From: Prochlorococcus marinus str. MIT 0918
GTDB taxonomy: Bacteria; Cyanobacteriota; Cyanobacteriia; PCC-6307; Cyanobiaceae
Assembly (NCBI RefSeq): GCF_027359415.1
Contig: NZ_CP114780.1
Span: forward strand, 1,230,764 to 1,262,763
Direction of reading: 5' to 3'
DNA length: 32,000 nucleotides
Shown here one piece after another: positions 29,508-32,000 of the stretch. A model generated the notes under the pieces. It had not been told where the DNA came from and made no database searches. It worked only from the letters and a program-made list of their open reading frames with translations. Within the stretch, counting starts at the first letter, position 1; every line of letters begins with the position of its first letter. Made by a program: the position numbers and the translations under genes.

Positions 29508-30143
29508 ATGGAATCTAGATCATTAGCAAGAGAAGTTGCTCTTTTAGTTTTGGGACAAATTTCTGATGATCACATTAATAACATTGAATCATTATCAATA
29601 GAGGATATTCTTAATTTAGGTTTTGATACTCTTTCTAATTATTGGAGAGAACAATTAGATGATTGTGCTTTGCAAATTGAGTTAGCTCAACAAGAACTAT
29701 TAAACAGTGAACTAATTGAATCTGATAAAAATCATATTACTAGATCTAGAGATCATTTAACTAATTGCCTACAAAAGTTTCAAACTATTTTAAATATTTT
29801 ATCAGATACTTTTGAACTTACAAGACTACTAGCTTTAAAAGATCAAAAAATCATTAAAGATGAAGCAATGAATAGAGTTAGTTTAGTAATTGAAAAATAT
29901 AATTTAATTAATTCTTCTTTAGATCAAGTAATGGAAGGATGGAGGTTGAAAAGATTGCCAAGAATTGATCAAGACATTCTAAGGTTAGCTTTTGTAGATT
30001 TGTATAACCTCCAGACACCAGTTCCAGTAACTTGTAATGAAGCAGTAAATCTTGCAAATCGTTATAGTGATGAACAGGGGCGTAAAATGATTAATGGTGT
30101 TTTGCGTAGGTTGCAAAAATCATTTAACCCTAAGATTTCTTAA
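29508..30143 (+). CDS. nusB: Transcription antitermination factor NusB (long cyanobacterial form)
   Basis: AREVALLVLGQ at the N-terminus and ILRLAFVDL...NEAVNLANRYSDEQGRKMINGVLRRL at the C-terminus. At 211 aa it carries an internal extension relative to the ~140-aa enterobacterial NusB. Confidence 0.92.
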   Translation: MESRSLAREVALLVLGQISDDHINNIESLSIEDILNLGFDTLSNYWREQLDDCALQIELAQQELLNSELIESDKNHITRSRDHLTNCLQKFQTILNILSDTFELTRLLALKDQKIIKDEAMNRVSLVIEKYNLINSSLDQVMEGWRLKRLPRIDQDILRLAFVDLYNLQTPVPVTCNEAVNLANRYSDEQGRKMINGVLRRLQKSFNPKIS

Positions 30144-30164
30144 ATTAACAATTTTCTTATCTCT

Positions 30165-31439
30165 ATGAATGAACCCATCAAATCTATAATTGGTGAAAAT
30201 ATAGAAGATACTAGTAGTTTAGATTGGGCTAAGCAAGCCTATGAAAGGCTTAAGAAACAACAAGAAGAGAGTAAAAAAGAACAATTAGCTTTAGAAGAAA
30301 AGACAAAGATTGTAGAGGAGAGTATTAATCAAGATAATGACTTAGCAGATTCGACTGAATTGAAAATTATTGACAATACTGTTAATCAAAATAATTCTAT
30401 AATTAATTCTTCTGAGCCAGAGTTAGGAGATTTTGATGATGCATTTACATGGTCTGCCCAGGTTTTAGAAGCACAAGGCAAAAAAATTACTAATGTTTCA
30501 TTAGAAGATATCAATTGGTTATCTAAATTACAACAAGGGCTCGAAAAAACTCGTAAAACGTTTGTTACAGATTTACTAGATAAATTCGGAGATGATCCCC
30601 TTACTCCAGAAGTACTTGATGATTTAGAAAGTTTACTTTTAAGATCAGATGCAGGTGTTAATGCAACTGATCAAATTATTAGTGCTTTAAGAAGAAGATT
30701 GAATGAAGAAGTTTTAGACTCTAAGGAGGGATTACGTTTTTTAAAGGAGCAGCTTTGTAAAATTGTTGATAAACCAATTAATGACAGTGGAATTAGTTTA
30801 TTAATGCCTAAAAAGAATTTATTAAATATTTGGTTATTAGTAGGCGTCAATGGTGTTGGGAAAACTACTACTTTAGGTAAATTGGCTAATTTGGCGTTGA
30901 GAAGTGGTTTCACCGCATTAATTGCAGCAGCAGACACTTTTCGAGCAGCAGCAGTTGAGCAAGTGAAGATTTGGGGAAAGCGCAGTGGTGTATCAGTGAT
31001 TGCGAATGAAACACCAAATGCTGATCCAGCTGCCATTGTTTTTGACGCTATTGGTGCTGCTAAGGCAAAAGAAATTGAATTATTATTGGTTGATACTGCT
31101 GGCCGTCTTCAAACTAAAAATAATTTGATGGAGGAATTACAAAAAGTAAGGAAAATAATTGATCGACTGGCTCCTAATGCAAACGTTGAATCTCTTTTAA
31201 TTTTAGATGCTACACAAGGTCAAAATGGATTAAGTCAAGCAATGGCTTTTGCTAAATCAGCCAATCTTACTGGTGTTGTCATTACGAAACTAGATGGTTC
31301 TTCTCGTGGAGGAGTTGCTTTTGCTGTGGCGTCACAAGCTAATTTGCCAATTCGGTTTATAGGAGCTGGTGAAGGGATTAGGGATTTAAAACCTTTTAAT
31401 AGTTTTGAATTTGTAGAAGCTCTTTTGTCAAATCGTTGA
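30165..31439 (+). CDS. ftsY: Signal recognition particle receptor FtsY
   Basis: An acidic N-terminal A-domain is followed by an NG domain with GVNGVGKTTTLGKLA (G1), DTAGRL (G3) and TKLDGSSRGG (G4). Confidence 0.96.
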   Translation: MNEPIKSIIGENIEDTSSLDWAKQAYERLKKQQEESKKEQLALEEKTKIVEESINQDNDLADSTELKIIDNTVNQNNSIINSSEPELGDFDDAFTWSAQVLEAQGKKITNVSLEDINWLSKLQQGLEKTRKTFVTDLLDKFGDDPLTPEVLDDLESLLLRSDAGVNATDQIISALRRRLNEEVLDSKEGLRFLKEQLCKIVDKPINDSGISLLMPKKNLLNIWLLVGVNGVGKTTTLGKLANLALRSGFTALIAAADTFRAAAVEQVKIWGKRSGVSVIANETPNADPAAIVFDAIGAAKAKEIELLLVDTAGRLQTKNNLMEELQKVRKIIDRLAPNANVESLLILDATQGQNGLSQAMAFAKSANLTGVVITKLDGSSRGGVAFAVASQANLPIRFIGAGEGIRDLKPFNSFEFVEALLSNR

Positions 31440-31497
31440 AGATTCATGTCTATTTACTTAGTTTTTGCTATTTTTCAATATCTGCAAGGATTGTGCA

Positions 31498-32000
31498 GTG
31501 AGTAATAAACCTTATATTTCTGATTCAAAAGAATCATTTAAAAATTTTTCAGAACAATCTTCTCCATATGAATCTTTAAGATTACTTTTAGATAACCTTT
31601 CTAAAGAGCAAAAAAGAAATCAAGAATTATTAGCTTCTATTTCTTATGTTCTTAGAAGTTTTACAAATTTAGATCGATTTTTGGAATTTATTCCTGTTGT
31701 TGTTTCAAGATTGGTTGGAGTAAAAGGTACTCTTTTAATTCCTTTTCATATAGATGGCACTGTTTCTATTGAACAAATCCAAATGGTTCCACTTAATTAT
31801 TCAGAAAGTTTAATAAATGAAATTCTTAATTTCCCATTAGGACATGAACGTGGTTTTGGTAGTGATCCAAATAGGTTAAAAGAATTAGATAAATTAATTC
31901 AAAGCTTTATATTAAATAGTCCATTTTTTGTTACTTCTGTTGTTGCACGAGGAAAAGAAAGAGGAAGATTATATGTATTTGATTTAAATAGTCCTTTTGT
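31498..32000 (+). CDS. 5' part of a larger gene running off the window; by synteny, probably an RsbU-type PP2C phosphatase with an N-terminal sensor (GAF-like) region
   Basis: This ORF is not in the ORF track because it is open-ended. Frame 1 is open from 31462 to the window end, at least 167 codons in an AT-rich genome. Candidate starts are GTG 31498 and TTG 31465, and the first ATG is far downstream. No catalytic domain is visible here, so the product call rests on recalled gene order (ftsY followed by rsbU) only. Confidence 0.55.
   Translation, partial: MSNKPYISDSKESFKNFSEQSSPYESLRLLLDNLSKEQKRNQELLASISYVLRSFTNLDRFLEFIPVVVSRLVGVKGTLLIPFHIDGTVSIEQIQMVPLNYSESLINEILNFPLGHERGFGSDPNRLKELDKLIQSFILNSPFFVTSVVARGKERGRLYVFDLNSPF

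Noticed and set aside
30671-31447. Minus-strand ORFs 30671-31036 and 31235-31447 inside ftsY
   Set aside because: Antisense shadows of the conserved FtsY NG domain.
31446-31505. 19-codon ORF (MSIYLVFAIFQYLQGLCSE) between ftsY and the rsbU-like gene, whose stop overlaps the GTG candidate start
   Set aside because: It could be a leader peptide, but it is too short to evaluate, has no Shine-Dalgarno evidence, and is equally well explained by chance. The downstream gene may instead start at TTG 31465, inside it.
1-32000. Search for a defence island, mobile element, CRISPR array, toxin-antitoxin pair, or tRNA/rRNA genes
   Set aside because: Every ORF of at least 150 aa has a confident housekeeping identity or a conserved syntenic position. 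No direct-repeat array, transposase/integrase-like ORF or terminal inverted repeats were seen. All non-coding gaps except the oriC spacer are under 190 bp, and none shows a tRNA cloverleaf.

Overview
This is an AT-rich, very tightly packed window made up entirely of housekeeping genes. GC looks to be in the mid-30s percent by eye; I did not compute it. The gene order is thiO-like, dnaK, aroE, Tic20-like, rpsF, argG, mraY, sucrose-phosphate synthase, uvrA, recN, ABC1 kinase, thrC | dnaN, conserved hypothetical, purL, purF, gyrA/parC-like, TPR, queG, DUF502, nusB, ftsY, rsbU-like. From memory, this matches the two ends of published Prochlorococcus marinus (marine picocyanobacterial) chromosomes joined across the conventional coordinate origin. 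The window therefore appears to be centred on the chromosomal replication origin. The 361-bp thrC-dnaN spacer (18034-18394) is the longest non-coding stretch and carries a cluster of cyanobacterial-type DnaA boxes (TTTTCCACA). I can support about 28 CDS, which cover nearly all of the sequence. I see no rRNA or tRNA genes, no CRISPR array, no transposase, integrase or phage genes, and no defence-island or other accessory content. I do not find a convincing undescribed multi-gene system here, and the region reads as core genome. The findings below are modest: the oriC box architecture, a palindrome over the dnaK promoter region, a repeat-encoded tail on ribosomal protein S6, a conserved unknown protein wedged between dnaN and purL with an acidic hydrophobic-tipped C-terminus, a GyrA-box-less type II topoisomerase A subunit, small unknown proteins, and extreme convergent gene packing. 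Several ORF-track starts are over-extended or use TTG/GTG, so start coordinates are less certain than stop coordinates.
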